Notes under the pieces: generated by a model
What the model saw: only the letters and a program-made list of their open reading frames with translations
Databases searched by the model: none
Told to the model about the DNA's origin: nothing
Shown here: positions 1 to 9,444 of the stretch, piece after piece
How positions within the stretch are numbered: position 1 is the first letter of the stretch
Layout: each line of letters begins with the position of its first letter
IMG/VR virus record: IMGVR_UViG_2657245664_000010
Strand: one strand, 5' to 3'
Length of the DNA: 18,020 nucleotides
Source: a virus
Taxonomy: Duplodnaviria; Heunggongvirae; Uroviricota; Caudoviricetes
Position numbers and translations under genes: made by a program

Positions 1-186
1 ATGGCAGAAAGGTTCGTGAAAACGATGAAGGAAGACTACATCGCGTTCATGCCGAAACCGAATGTAAGAACGGCATTGCATAATCTTGCAGTGGCGATCG
101 AACATTACAATGAAAACCATCCGCACAGTGCGTTGGGTTATCGCTCTCCGCGAGAATATCGACGTCAGCGGGTAACGTTAACTTAA
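1..186 (+). CDS. IS3-family (IS2-group) transposase OrfB, C-terminal fragment; 5' end lies outside the window
   Basis: Translation ends ...[14 protein letters not shown]..., which from memory matches the C-terminus of the IS2 InsD-type integrase-core transposase. The ORF runs off the left window edge. Confidence 0.7.
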   Translation: MAERFVKTMKEDYIAFMPKPNVRTALHNLAVAIEHYNENHPHSALGYRSPREYRRQRVTLT

Positions 187-223
187 GATACACCCCCTGT
201 CTGGAAATAAGGGGGCAAGAACA
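1..223 (+). mobile_element. Right end of an IS2-like insertion sequence, including the terminal inverted repeat
   Basis: Transposase 3' end followed by TGTCTGGAAATAAGGGGGCAAGAACA (about 199-223), which resembles the remembered IS2 right inverted repeat and ends in CA. The exact end coordinate is uncertain. Confidence 0.5.
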
Positions 224-227
224 ATGA

Positions 228-971
228 TCAGATTCCCTGGTGAGTAAGAATTTTACTTTCTGAACTCCTCTGAGGGTATTGACTTGGAGAAACACCAAAA
301 TAACGTCTAAATACATAAGTAAAGTATGAGACACTGGCATAACCACAGACCTTAGCTACTTTACTAATAGGATAACAACGAGTGCTGAGTAAATATTCAG
401 CCATTTGCATCCTCTCATCAAGTATGATCTTACTGAATGATACCCCCTCTTCTTTCAATTTCCTCTTTAGTAAACTTTCGCTGAGATATAATCTTGATGA
501 TATATCCTTAAGACGCCATGGTGCAGATAAATCCGTATGAATAATCGTTTTAACTTTAGCCCCTGTGCTTTTCAAACATCCAAACAGAAATACTCCAAAT
601 TGTTTTTCAGAAGAAAATGCAGAGAGACATGTAAAAGCAATAGACTCATCAAAAATTTCTATATATTCAGCACAGTGATTAGCCCAACTAATTAATCCTT
701 TAATTAAACTGAAGTCAGCAAAGTTTATTTTTAAATAAGATGGATATTCCCTACAATCAGAAATATCCCTTAAGTTATTAGCTTTCAAATAGCGACTAAT
801 AAACTCAGCGCCAAAATCCGCCACTATCACTCTTTCAGGATATGTCAGGAAAAAATCTCTATAGCTAGAGTCGACAAGTACAGATAAACCTCTATCCAGA
901 AACACACTCTCTTTTCCGAAATAAACATCAAAGGACTCCAAAATCAATATAACTGAACATGTAGTTGCCAT
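228..971 (-). CDS. AraC/XylS-family transcriptional regulator, AppY-like
   Basis: C-terminal double helix-turn-helix typical of AraC proteins (WRLKDISSRLYLSESLLKRKLKEEGVSFSKI... and ...GYASVSYFTYVFRRYFGVSPSQY). The N-terminal CSVILILESFD block resembles DLP12 AppY from memory. Very AT-rich gene and upstream region. The ORF track starts at a GTG at 980; the ATG at 971 is the likelier start. Confidence 0.75.
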   Translation of the reverse strand: MATTCSVILILESFDVYFGKESVFLDRGLSVLVDSSYRDFFLTYPERVIVADFGAEFISRYLKANNLRDISDCREYPSYLKINFADFSLIKGLISWANHCAEYIEIFDESIAFTCLSAFSSEKQFGVFLFGCLKSTGAKVKTIIHTDLSAPWRLKDISSRLYLSESLLKRKLKEEGVSFSKIILDERMQMAEYLLSTRCYPISKVAKVCGYASVSYFTYVFRRYFGVSPSQYPQRSSESKILTHQGI

Positions 972-1699
972 ATCATCCACCCAATTTAACTGAAACCAGG
1001 ATGAAGTATATGCATATAAAGTTCACTTTGCCAAACTTCAGTATAAAAAACCACATAAAAAATAGGGTGTGATAAAAAATACCGTAAAAATAAAGCAAAG
1101 GATTATAAATTCCGTTACAGTTACAAATGATACTAAAGAAACAATTCCTTAGAAAACCTTATTTACAGCCAATAAGTAAGACACTTATATGATATCAAGT
1201 TTTCATAAAACATAACTAGGCTAAATAGCTGCGCCTAATACCGCTACACTTTTGCCAGCCCATGTTTGCCTCCGGGTATTGACCCCTTCTCTACGCAACT
1301 TCAGTTCCCACCACCAACTTTGCGGCAGCTTTGTAGGATCAATGTCTAAAAGAATAATGGTGACCGATAAGAAAACGACTGAATAACTGCAGATTTTCGC
1401 TCGAAACCTTCCTGTCAGATCCATAGCGAATCAAGTGCTGAATGTCACAGTATCGAACAGAAAACAGTGACGATCTAACCCTTCAAGAATATTCTACGAT
1501 TGTTCTGTTTAGGAAAAGCAAGGCGGGAAGTCGGGAGATAAGTCATTGATAAAGTGGCGGAGAGAGGGGGATTTGCCCCCCCGGTAGAGTTGCCCCTACT
1601 CCGGTTTTCGAGACCGGTCCAATCATCAAACGAAACATAAAATTAATTCACATTATGAGGAAAAGTATCTTTTTTGTACTTGTAAATTCAAAGGCTTAG

Positions 1700-2569
<870 letters not shown>

Positions 2570-2645
2570 GTCTTTAAGTGATAAGCATAAACCGCAGCAC
2601 GATCTTGCATACGACGTGCTACGGCTTCCGACATCTTGCTAAACG

Positions 2646-3059
2646 TTAACTGACCGAATCTGGCTGAATAGGCAGTGACTGTGTCCAGTCACCAGCCCTG
2701 ATATATGCACGTAATGATTTACGGTACTCAGTCCACTCTGTAAGTGCCGACTTCACTGCGTTCTCAGTTGTGTCAGTGTAGTCAGCATCCTGGATCTGAT
2801 CGTTCAACAAATCGATTTGAGTTGTTGCGCGAGCATACTCAGAGTTTGATATTGCCATATTTTCCGCGGCTAATTCGGCAACTGATTTTTCAATAACTGG
2901 CGCCGTGAAATTAGTACCGTCATATGTCCAGTTTATTCCTGCGGCAATGCCAGTAATATTAATGACGGTGTAATCCGGAAATAATTTTTTTGCATCGTTA
3001 TCTGAATTACAGACAACCGTATTTACGACGACATTATTTTTAATTAATGCGTAATTCAT
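2646..3059 (-). CDS. Phage tail fibre assembly (chaperone) protein, Tfa-like
   Basis: Sits immediately downstream of the glycine-rich fibre gene with a 1-nt overlap. The N-terminal MNYALIKNNVVVNTVV...WTYDG pattern and the C-terminal ...LTEWTEYRKSLRAYI... pattern are reminiscent of Tfa-type chaperones. Confidence 0.55.
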   Translation of the reverse strand: MNYALIKNNVVVNTVVCNSDNDAKKLFPDYTVINITGIAAGINWTYDGTNFTAPVIEKSVAELAAENMAISNSEYARATTQIDLLNDQIQDADYTDTTENAVKSALTEWTEYRKSLRAYIRAGDWTQSLPIQPDSVS

Positions 3060-3694
3060 TATGCAAACTCCTCAATCACGCAGATCCCAGGCGCTCCTGT
3101 TCCACCGGCTTTTAGCACTCCTGAAAAAGCGGTGTCATAAGCAGCACCTCCGCCAGCACCATATGCTTTGGCTGCAACACCATTAGCAGAACCAGCACGA
3201 CCACCTCCCCCCCAGAACGAAGCCGCACCATTACCAAATGAGTAATAACTTCCCTGCTGACCGTCACTACCATAGCCACCATGGATATTGATTAGCCCGC
3301 CAGTAGCTGTTCCATCTGCACCACCAGAACCAATTGACGGAGTGTTTACGCCGGATCCACTACCACCGCGACCGGCTGACATTCCATTAAATGTTGATGT
3401 CCCACCTGGATTATCAGCTGTTCCACCTGCTCCGATAACGACAGAAAAATCACTGATATCTTCAAGGTCAAAAATACCGATGCAGGTTGCGGCAGAGCCA
3501 CCTCCACCTCCAAACGCCGTCTGAGAAAATGATGTGGCGATGACAGAACTACCACCGCCACCTCCCCCGGTAAGAATTACCTTAATTTTCCGGGTACCCA
3601 AGCATTGTGCTGGCATTACCGATAACGTCGTTCTGCACAAAATCCGCCACGCCATCGATACTGAAACCGCTGAAGCTGTCACTGATGCAGTCAT
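3059..3694 (-). CDS. Glycine-rich tail fibre protein, C-terminal portion (5'-truncated or fused; true start uncertain)
   Basis: Long Gly/Ser/Ala-rich repeats (GGGGGGSS, GGGGGS, GGSGSG) ending ...GICVIEEFA, directly followed by Tfa. The 5' part of the ORF overlaps the upstream gpN-like ORF in another frame, which suggests a deletion junction. Confidence 0.5.
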   Translation of the reverse strand: MTASVTASAVSVSMAWRILCRTTLSVMPAQCLGTRKIKVILTGGGGGGSSVIATSFSQTAFGGGGGSAATCIGIFDLEDISDFSVVIGAGGTADNPGGTSTFNGMSAGRGGSGSGVNTPSIGSGGADGTATGGLINIHGGYGSDGQQGSYYSFGNGAASFWGGGGRAGSANGVAAKAYGAGGGAAYDTAFSGVLKAGGTGAPGICVIEEFA

Positions 3695-4124
3695 CCAGTG
3701 CAGAACAGGATGACATCAGCGTCTGCGCCGTCGCCACGCCTGATGTGGGGTAAGAGAGATCTCCCGCTTCGACAAACTTCAGGTCAAAGCGGACAATACG
3801 CCCTTCACTCTTCGATGTGCTGACCCGAACTTCCCCGTCAACACAGACTTTCAGCTCACCGTATGTCGGGTGGACAAGCGTGCCGGGACCGGGTTTATTC
3901 AGCGCGTCAATCAGGCGATCGCGCTGGTCAAAGCAGTCATCTCCCACCACATAAGCCGTGATGGACGGGCGGAAAGTGACTTTTCCCAGATCTTCGGTAT
4001 AGGGTTTGTCGCGGTTCGGATATTCGTGTGTTTCCACACGACGGCCGGTTCCCGCACTTTCTTCTTCAACCTTAAACGGCACACCTCGAAATGACGCATC
4101 CTGAAGCCTGTCTTTCCACGTCAT
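3582..4124 (-). pseudogene. Mu gpN-like DNA circulation protein, N-terminal fragment
   Basis: MTWKDRLQDASFRGVPFKVEEESAGTGRRVETHEYPNRDKPY... matches the remembered N-terminal domain of Mu N (gp43) family proteins. At about 180 aa it is much shorter than full-length members. GGAG ribosome-binding site before the ATG at 4124. Confidence 0.55.
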
Positions 4125-4133
4125 ATACACTCC

Positions 4134-4165
4134 GAAAATAAAAAAGCCACCTATTAGAAGGTGGC
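4134..4165 (-). terminator. Rho-independent terminator downstream of the AT-rich membrane-protein gene
   Basis: On the minus strand: GCCACCT-TCTAAT-AGGTGGC (7-bp stem) followed by TTTTTTATTTT. Confidence 0.65.
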
Positions 4166-4185
4166 CTTGTAATGAATTTTATTAA

Positions 4186-4716
4186 TTAGCGAGTCAGAAA
4201 CAACGAATCTTTATACTTTTGCTGTTGTTCATTTAAATACTTAGCTGTTTCATCGCTGGCAAATGGAAATATTACCGTATTTTTAGGCATGGTAATTTCT
4301 TTTTTGTCCAGCGTCAGAGTAAACATAGGAACATACTGAGCAGAGTAACGCACCGCAGAAACGAGCTCTAGTTTAGACTCTTCAATAACACTTAAATTAT
4401 CCAGGCTAACTTTCTCTTCATCTTTTTTCTTTGACGCATTTAAAGTTTTTATTACTTTATTTAATTTCTCCTGAAAATCCTCCTTAAAGTTTTCAGGATT
4501 GCCGTCGACAACAAGAATCTGTTCACCCTGATTATCTGGAAAAATAATCTTTGCACTTATCAATTTATTTTCTTTATAAACATCACCAAGTTTTATGGCT
4601 CCTCCAGATAACTGAATAATATGTTCATCTTTAAAGGAGATGTTGCCAGAGATTATGAGAGATGAAAAAATAGCCGCTGCTCCAAGAATTACACTTGCTG
4701 TGATATAGCCTTTCAT
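4186..4716 (-). CDS. Hypothetical membrane-anchored or secreted protein (AT-rich cargo gene inside the tail module)
   Basis: 176-aa ORF with a hydrophobic N-terminus (MKGYITASVILGAAAIFSSLIISG), a Lys/Glu-rich body and markedly AT-rich codon usage compared with neighbours. It has its own terminator and an AT-rich upstream region. Confidence 0.55.
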   Translation of the reverse strand: MKGYITASVILGAAAIFSSLIISGNISFKDEHIIQLSGGAIKLGDVYKENKLISAKIIFPDNQGEQILVVDGNPENFKEDFQEKLNKVIKTLNASKKKDEEKVSLDNLSVIEESKLELVSAVRYSAQYVPMFTLTLDKKEITMPKNTVIFPFASDETAKYLNEQQQKYKDSLFLTR

Positions 4717-4807
4717 TTTTCGCCTATTAACATTTTTCTAAATGTGCATTAATTCTATCACTCTATTTATGACTTACAACCAGCAATACATGTGAGGGGA
4801 ATCCTGG

Positions 4808-6640
4808 CTACCAAAATCGGGTATAGCCAACATCGTGATTTATATCAATGCCACTGGAGCGTGTTTCCGTAACCCGCATACCTGGTGGCATATTTATAAA
4901 TGATACCTTGATCTCACCATCAACTTTTGGCGCGGTAGCTTTATTAATCATGAAGGGATTCGAGCCTGTGGCATCGGAGGCGTTGTTTGCCTGAGCCGGA
5001 TCCACCGCCGGATAAGGCGTGTATCCCCGTGCCGGTATTTCCGTCCCATAAGCATCATAAGCACCCGCGCCCCACTGCGCCGAGTTAATGGTATCGACCG
5101 TGTCACCGGAACTGTCGGTAAACCATTCAATAATCGGCTTCAGCTTATCCCACATATCCTGAAACCACTTAACAACCGGTCCCCAGTTATTGATCACCAT
5201 CCCCAGCGGCGACCAGGCAAAAACTTTCTTAAGGAGTTCCCAGCCAGCCTCAAAATAAGGACCAATGGTTTCCCAGAGCTTCTTGAAATAAGGTCCGACA
5301 ACATCCCAGTTAGTGATAATTAATCCCGCAGCCAGGGCTATCGCCGTCGCAATCATGCCAATCGGCGTCATCGACATGATCCTGCTGACAATGCTGATGG
5401 CACTGCCCACGCCCATCAATCCCAGTTTCAGAATCGCAAGACCGGCAGCAAGCCCGACGACGCCGCGAATAACCCGGGGATTTTCATCCGCAAACTTCGT
5501 GAATTTCTCCCCCAACTCCCCCAGCCACTGCGTGATGTTCTTAGCGTCACCAGAAAATGCGCCGCCAATAGCCGCAAGGCCGTTAGTTGCGGTCCCCGTC
5601 ATTGCCTCCCACAGGTTGGACAGCGTACCAAGCTGAGCCTGAACACGTTTATTCAGGCTGGCCTGTTTATTCATCTTCTGCTGGATCTGATCGTAGCCAT
5701 CCTTTCCTTTATCGATTAGTGCATTGACCACCTGAAGGGTTTCGGCATCATCACCAAATATTGCCTTAAGTACACCGGTTCGCTTAACGTCGGTCAGTTT
5801 TCGCAGCTTTGCCAGTTGCCTGAACATGTTATCAAGACCGCCAAAACTCCCTTTGCCATCAGTAAAATCGAGCTGTACCCCGAGTTTCTGGCGGGCCATG
5901 ATTTTATTGACGTCCCTGATTTTCTTAACGCTTAATCCGGACTGGATAACTTTTCGCAGGGCATTACCTGCCGACTCCCCGTTCATCCCCATCTGATCCA
6001 TCATGACACTGATGGGGGCAAGACTCTGTGCAGCCTGAAGACCGTCCTTATTCACCATCTTCAGAACAGAGCTGGTTTTAGTGAAGAATGACAGCATGTT
6101 GGTATCGTCCACGCCCAGATAAAACGCCTTCTGAATTGTGTCGAACAGCCCCATCATGTCTTCTGAGGCCGTTCCGGTAGCATCCTGCATCTTTGCGGCA
6201 AACTCAGCAGCCGCTTCCGGTGTTTTTTTCAGTTGTACCGCAAGATAAGCTGTCGCTTTACCCACACCACCAAGAATGTTTTCTGCCGGGATCCCCTGAC
6301 GCACCAGCATCTGCATCATGTTCTGGAAATCAGCCGTTGTACCGGGTAGCTGGTTACCCAGGCCAATAGCCAGTTTATTGATGTCCTGAAAGCTCTTTCC
6401 AACCTCGCCGTTCGCATCCATCATGGCGACTTTCAGCCCGGTGGCGGCGTTTTCCTGATCAGCATAAGATTTCAGGGAAAGCGTCAGACCCGCTGCCAGT
6501 CCGCCACCAAGCGCCAGCCCACCCTGTGACGCTTCTTCCGCCTGGCGTTTAAATCCCCGGATTTTCTTTTGCATTTTCGACAGCGCGGGAGAAAGCCTGT
6601 CGACACCGGTGATCAACGCCTTAAGCTCAAATTCAGCCAT
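4808..6640 (-). CDS. Phage tail tape measure protein
   Basis: 610-aa protein with an alpha-helical, Ala/Gly/Leu-rich repetitive composition and a hydrophobic segment (VIRGVVGLAAGLAILKLGLMGVGSAISIV). It sits upstream of the gpN-like gene, as in Mu-type tail modules. Confidence 0.7.
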   Translation of the reverse strand: MAEFELKALITGVDRLSPALSKMQKKIRGFKRQAEEASQGGLALGGGLAAGLTLSLKSYADQENAATGLKVAMMDANGEVGKSFQDINKLAIGLGNQLPGTTADFQNMMQMLVRQGIPAENILGGVGKATAYLAVQLKKTPEAAAEFAAKMQDATGTASEDMMGLFDTIQKAFYLGVDDTNMLSFFTKTSSVLKMVNKDGLQAAQSLAPISVMMDQMGMNGESAGNALRKVIQSGLSVKKIRDVNKIMARQKLGVQLDFTDGKGSFGGLDNMFRQLAKLRKLTDVKRTGVLKAIFGDDAETLQVVNALIDKGKDGYDQIQQKMNKQASLNKRVQAQLGTLSNLWEAMTGTATNGLAAIGGAFSGDAKNITQWLGELGEKFTKFADENPRVIRGVVGLAAGLAILKLGLMGVGSAISIVSRIMSMTPIGMIATAIALAAGLIITNWDVVGPYFKKLWETIGPYFEAGWELLKKVFAWSPLGMVINNWGPVVKWFQDMWDKLKPIIEWFTDSSGDTVDTINSAQWGAGAYDAYGTEIPARGYTPYPAVDPAQANNASDATGSNPFMINKATAPKVDGEIKVSFINMPPGMRVTETRSSGIDINHDVGYTRFW

Positions 6641-6923
6641 GTGTGCGTTTCTCCTGCTCTATCCTGTTTGCCTGACTGACCAGCAAGGGAATTTCACTGA
6701 TCGGCATATTCAGCAATTCGAAGGGATTAATGCGCCAGTAGCTGGCGCAGTCAAAGAAGCGATCAGTGAGGTATTCAGCCGTCAGGCCTGGAGGAAAAAA
6801 CCAGCCACAAGCCACGCCGCTGCATTCAGGTCTGCCGGAGACATCTGGTCGACAGAGCTTTGCGGCACTTTCGCCAGCCGCACAATGTATTTCGACACCA
6901 CATGCGCCAGAAGTCTGACGGAC

Positions 6924-7355
6924 TCATCCTGATTCATCTGGTAGGGATACCACACAGCCGGGATCGACGGGCAGCAGTTCAGCCACTTCGCCAAATGCTT
7001 TCACTTTGTAGGCGTAAAAGTTTCCCCGCAGGCACAGACAGGTGACCACCAGCTCCCAGAACTCCTGCGGCGTCATATAGCCATTGGGATGCGTGGAGAT
7101 CAGCTTATGCAGACGTTCGCCAGTGGCTCTCTGCTTCAGGCTGCCGTTCAGGTGATACAGGTTGCAGGGCAACATCCCGACCGACTCCGCCAGCACCCTG
7201 ACACAGGAAAAAACCGCCGTCAGTCGCATGGCCCGCTGGCTGCTGATCTGCTTTCCGGTATAGGTGTCGTAGGACAACCCGATAGCCTCCGCCAGCTCTG
7301 CTGGCGTGGTCACCGGTGCGTCACTTTTTCGTTGAAATAATCCCGAAAAGAACAC
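6924..7355 (-). pseudogene. HK97-family portal protein, N-terminal fragment
   Basis: ...LTAVFSCVRVLAESVGMLPCNLY...GERLHKLISTHPNGYMTPQEFWELVVTCLCLRGNFYAYKV... resembles the portal N-terminal region. It is truncated after about 140 aa and begins at a GTG overlapping the HNH stop. Confidence 0.55.
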
Positions 7356-7639
7356 TATTTACCTCCGCCGACATGCGCTTTAGGGATGATGTGGTCAACA
7401 GTTTTCGCCTCACGCACCACACCAGCACGCAGACATAACTGACACAGGCCTTTGTCACGCTTCAGAATGCGCGTACGTATAACATCCCACTTAGAACCAT
7501 AACCACGCTGATGACGGGACTGTCCTGGCTTGTATTGCTTCCAGCCTTCGCTTTTGTGGCTTTCGCAATAACCTGACGGGTCAGTGGTGGTATGGCGGCA
7601 GCCGCGAACACGGCAGGCTTTTGGGGTTCGTGGGGGCAT
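7355..7639 (-). CDS. Phage HNH endonuclease (HK97 gp74-like), apparently C-terminally truncated
   Basis: CRVRGC...YCESH zinc-ribbon-like N-terminus, then CQLCLRAGVV...TVDHIIPKAHVGG, the first half of an HNH motif. The protein stops before the expected second Cys/His pair. Confidence 0.6.
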   Translation of the reverse strand: MPPRTPKACRVRGCRHTTTDPSGYCESHKSEGWKQYKPGQSRHQRGYGSKWDVIRTRILKRDKGLCQLCLRAGVVREAKTVDHIIPKAHVGGGK

Positions 7640-7760
7640 ATGTACTCCAATGAAGAAACCAGCGAAATAGCTGCCTTCATTCGTAGTAAACCTTTTTCAT
7701 CAACGCAGTAATGGATTCTTTGAAGAGTCGCGATCAATACAACTCACTAATGGAGAGACT

Positions 7761-7778
7761 TGTCTCACGCATGAGACA
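7761..7778. promoter_or_regulatory. Perfect 18-bp palindrome TGTCTCACGCATGAGACA (candidate operator or hairpin)
   Basis: Exact inverted repeat (7-bp arms, 4-nt spacer) in the non-coding region between bor and the HNH gene. No adjacent T-run. Confidence 0.3.
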
Positions 7779-8163
7779 AATTTCCCGTTTGATTTAATGG
7801 ACACTATAGAGGGACAGAATGCCTTCCTCACTCGAATCACATCAATTAAGGAGGTTCAACATGTTTCATTCCACAAGTCATCAGGCTGTAATTATGGCAG
7901 CATCAGTTTGTGCCAAAGACCTTTTCCGCTTCACTTTGAGCCTGATTCATTTCTACCTGACCGGCTCGCCTCTATCTTTTTAATCCCCGCTTTATCCAAA
8001 TTGCATTGCCATAATGCCGACAACACACTGACATTCAAATCCAGACTACCTCCAATAGTCTGACCGTACACCTATATAGTTTTAATTTTCATCAATCCAT
8101 TTAACTATCGTTTAATTGTTGTCACATAGGATTCTGCTGTTTTTAACAATACAGGATAATAAG

Positions 8164-8457
8164 ATGAAAAAAATGTTGTTTTCTGCCGCTCTGGCAATGC
8201 TTATTACAGGATGTGCTCAACAGACGTTTACTGTTGGAAACAAACCGACAGCAGTAACACCAAAGGAAACCATCACCCATCATTTCTTCGTTTCGGGAAT
8301 TGGACAGGAGAAAACTGTTGATGCAGCCAAAATTTGTGGCGGCGCAGAAAATGTTGTTAAAACAGAAACCCAGCAAACATTCGTAAATGGATTGCTCGGT
8401 TTTATTACTTTAGGCATTTATACTCCGCTGGAAGCGCGTGTGTATTGCTCACAATAA
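8164..8457 (+). CDS. bor: Bor lipoprotein (lambda Bor / Iss family serum-resistance lipoprotein)
   Basis: MKKMLFSAALAMLITGCAQQTFTV...ITHHFFVSGIGQEKTVDAAKICGGAENVVKTETQQTFVNGLLGFITLGIYTPLEARVYCSQ is near-identical to remembered lambda Bor. Lipobox LITGC. Opposite strand to the lysis genes, as in lambda. Confidence 0.85.
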   Translation: MKKMLFSAALAMLITGCAQQTFTVGNKPTAVTPKETITHHFFVSGIGQEKTVDAAKICGGAENVVKTETQQTFVNGLLGFITLGIYTPLEARVYCSQ

Positions 8458-8463
8458 TTGCAT

Positions 8464-8489
8464 GAGTTGCCCATCGATATGGGCAGCTC
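8464..8489. terminator. Hairpin between convergent bor and Rz (possible bidirectional terminator)
   Basis: GAGTTGCCCAT-CGAT-ATGGGCAGCTC, roughly a 10-bp stem with one mismatch. No clear T-run on either side. Confidence 0.3.
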
Positions 8490-8962
8490 TATCTGCACTG
8501 CTCATTAATATACTTCTGGGTTCCTTCCAGTTGTTTTTGCATAGTGATCAGCCTCTCTCTGAGGGTGAAATAATCCCGTTCAGCGGTGTCTGCCAGTCGG
8601 GGGGAGGCTGCATTATCCACGCCGGAGGCGGTGGTGGCTTCACGCACTGACTGACAGACTGCTTTGATGTGCAACCGACGACGACCAGCGGCAACATCAT
8701 CACGCAGAGCATCATTTTCAGCTTTCGCATCAGCTAACTCCTTCGTGTATTTTGCATCGAGCGCAGCAACATCACGCTGACGCATCTGCATGTCAGTAAT
8801 TGCCGCGTTCGCCAGCTTCAGTTCTCTGGCATTTTTGTCGCGCTGGGCTTTGTAGGTAATGGCGTTATCACGGTAATGATTAACAGCCCATGACAGGCCG
8901 ACGATGATGCAGATAACCAGAGCGGAGATAATCGCGGTTACTCTGTTCATTGCTGACCCCAC
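8489..8962 (-). CDS. rzpD: Rz i-spanin (inner-membrane spanin subunit)
   Basis: N-terminal transmembrane segment ([18 protein letters not shown]), then a coiled-coil-like, charged periplasmic domain. Overlaps the endolysin stop. Contains the embedded Rz1 frame. Confidence 0.8.
   Translation of the reverse strand: MGSAMNRVTAIISALVICIIVGLSWAVNHYRDNAITYKAQRDKNARELKLANAAITDMQMRQRDVAALDAKYTKELADAKAENDALRDDVAAGRRRLHIKAVCQSVREATTASGVDNAASPRLADTAERDYFTLRERLITMQKQLEGTQKYINEQCR
8548..8730 (-). CDS. rzoD: Rz1 o-spanin (outer-membrane lipoprotein spanin subunit), embedded in Rz in another frame
   Basis: Lipobox VVVGC, followed by a proline-rich segment (PPPPPAW...PPPDW). Lies wholly inside the Rz gene, the classic Rz/Rz1 arrangement. 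Confidence 0.7.
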   Translation of the reverse strand: MRKLKMMLCVMMLPLVVVGCTSKQSVSQCVKPPPPPAWIMQPPPDWQTPLNGIISPSERG

Positions 8963-9444
8963 AAACAGATTTCACGCTCAATCTCACGACGAGTCATGAG
9001 ACCTTTCCATTGCTTACCGCCAGCATATGTCCAGCGACGTAGCTGATCACATGCGCCTTTGATATCGCCTTGGTTTATTTTGCGAAGAAGCGTCGATGTT
9101 CTGAAATTGCCAGCACCCACGTTGTAAACGAATGAGTAAAGAGCGCCGCGCATTGTTTCCGGTATATCGACTTTGATGTACGGGTTAATTTGTCTGGCGA
9201 CCGTGGCAAGGTCTTTATTCAGGAGGGCTTTGCATTCTGCTTTGGTATACGTTTTACCGAGCATGATGTCTTTTCCTGTATGCCCGTGACATACAGTCCA
9301 TACACCAACAATATCTTTGTATGGTATGTAGCTGACACCTTCCAGACCATCGTTACCACTTGGGCCAGTAATTAACACTGATGCTATAGCAATTGCTCCG
9401 CCACCAATAGCAGCAGCAACGGCTTTTCGTAATGATGGAGGCAT
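8947..9444 (-). CDS. rrrD: SAR endolysin (phage-21 R-type lysozyme)
   Basis: N-terminal Gly/Ala-rich signal-anchor-release segment ([20 protein letters not shown]), then a lysozyme-like domain. Start overlaps the holin stop. Confidence 0.85.
   Translation of the reverse strand: MPPSLRKAVAAAIGGGAIAIASVLITGPSGNDGLEGVSYIPYKDIVGVWTVCHGHTGKDIMLGKTYTKAECKALLNKDLATVARQINPYIKVDIPETMRGALYSFVYNVGAGNFRTSTLLRKINQGDIKGACDQLRRWTYAGGKQWKGLMTRREIEREICLWGQQ

Noticed and set aside
47-346. 99-aa minus-strand ORF
   Set aside because: Spans the IS end and the IS-prophage junction and overlaps the transposase 3' end antisense. Most likely a chance frame.
1221-1424. 67-aa minus-strand ORF in the AppY-like upstream region
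   Set aside because: No ribosome-binding site, no recognisable domain, and it lies in a probable regulatory spacer. Kept only as a remote possibility.
3288-3561. Proline-rich plus-strand ORF (78 aa) and an overlapping minus-strand ORF (71 aa)
   Set aside because: Antisense or alternative-frame artefacts of the glycine-rich fibre gene: GGN codons read on the opposite strand give NCC (Pro) runs.
4948-5636. ORFs inside the tape measure gene (4948-5130 minus, 5313-5636 plus)
   Set aside because: Embedded in or antisense to a long, well-supported coding frame, with no independent start signals.
7797-8063. 88-aa plus-strand ORF and the overlapping minus-strand ORF 7462-7737
   Set aside because: The minus-strand frame overlaps the HNH gene. 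The plus-strand ORF has no start context or family resemblance and lies in a probable non-coding promoter region.
8143-8650. ORFs 8143-8376 (minus) and 8438-8650 (plus)
   Set aside because: Antisense to bor and to Rz respectively.
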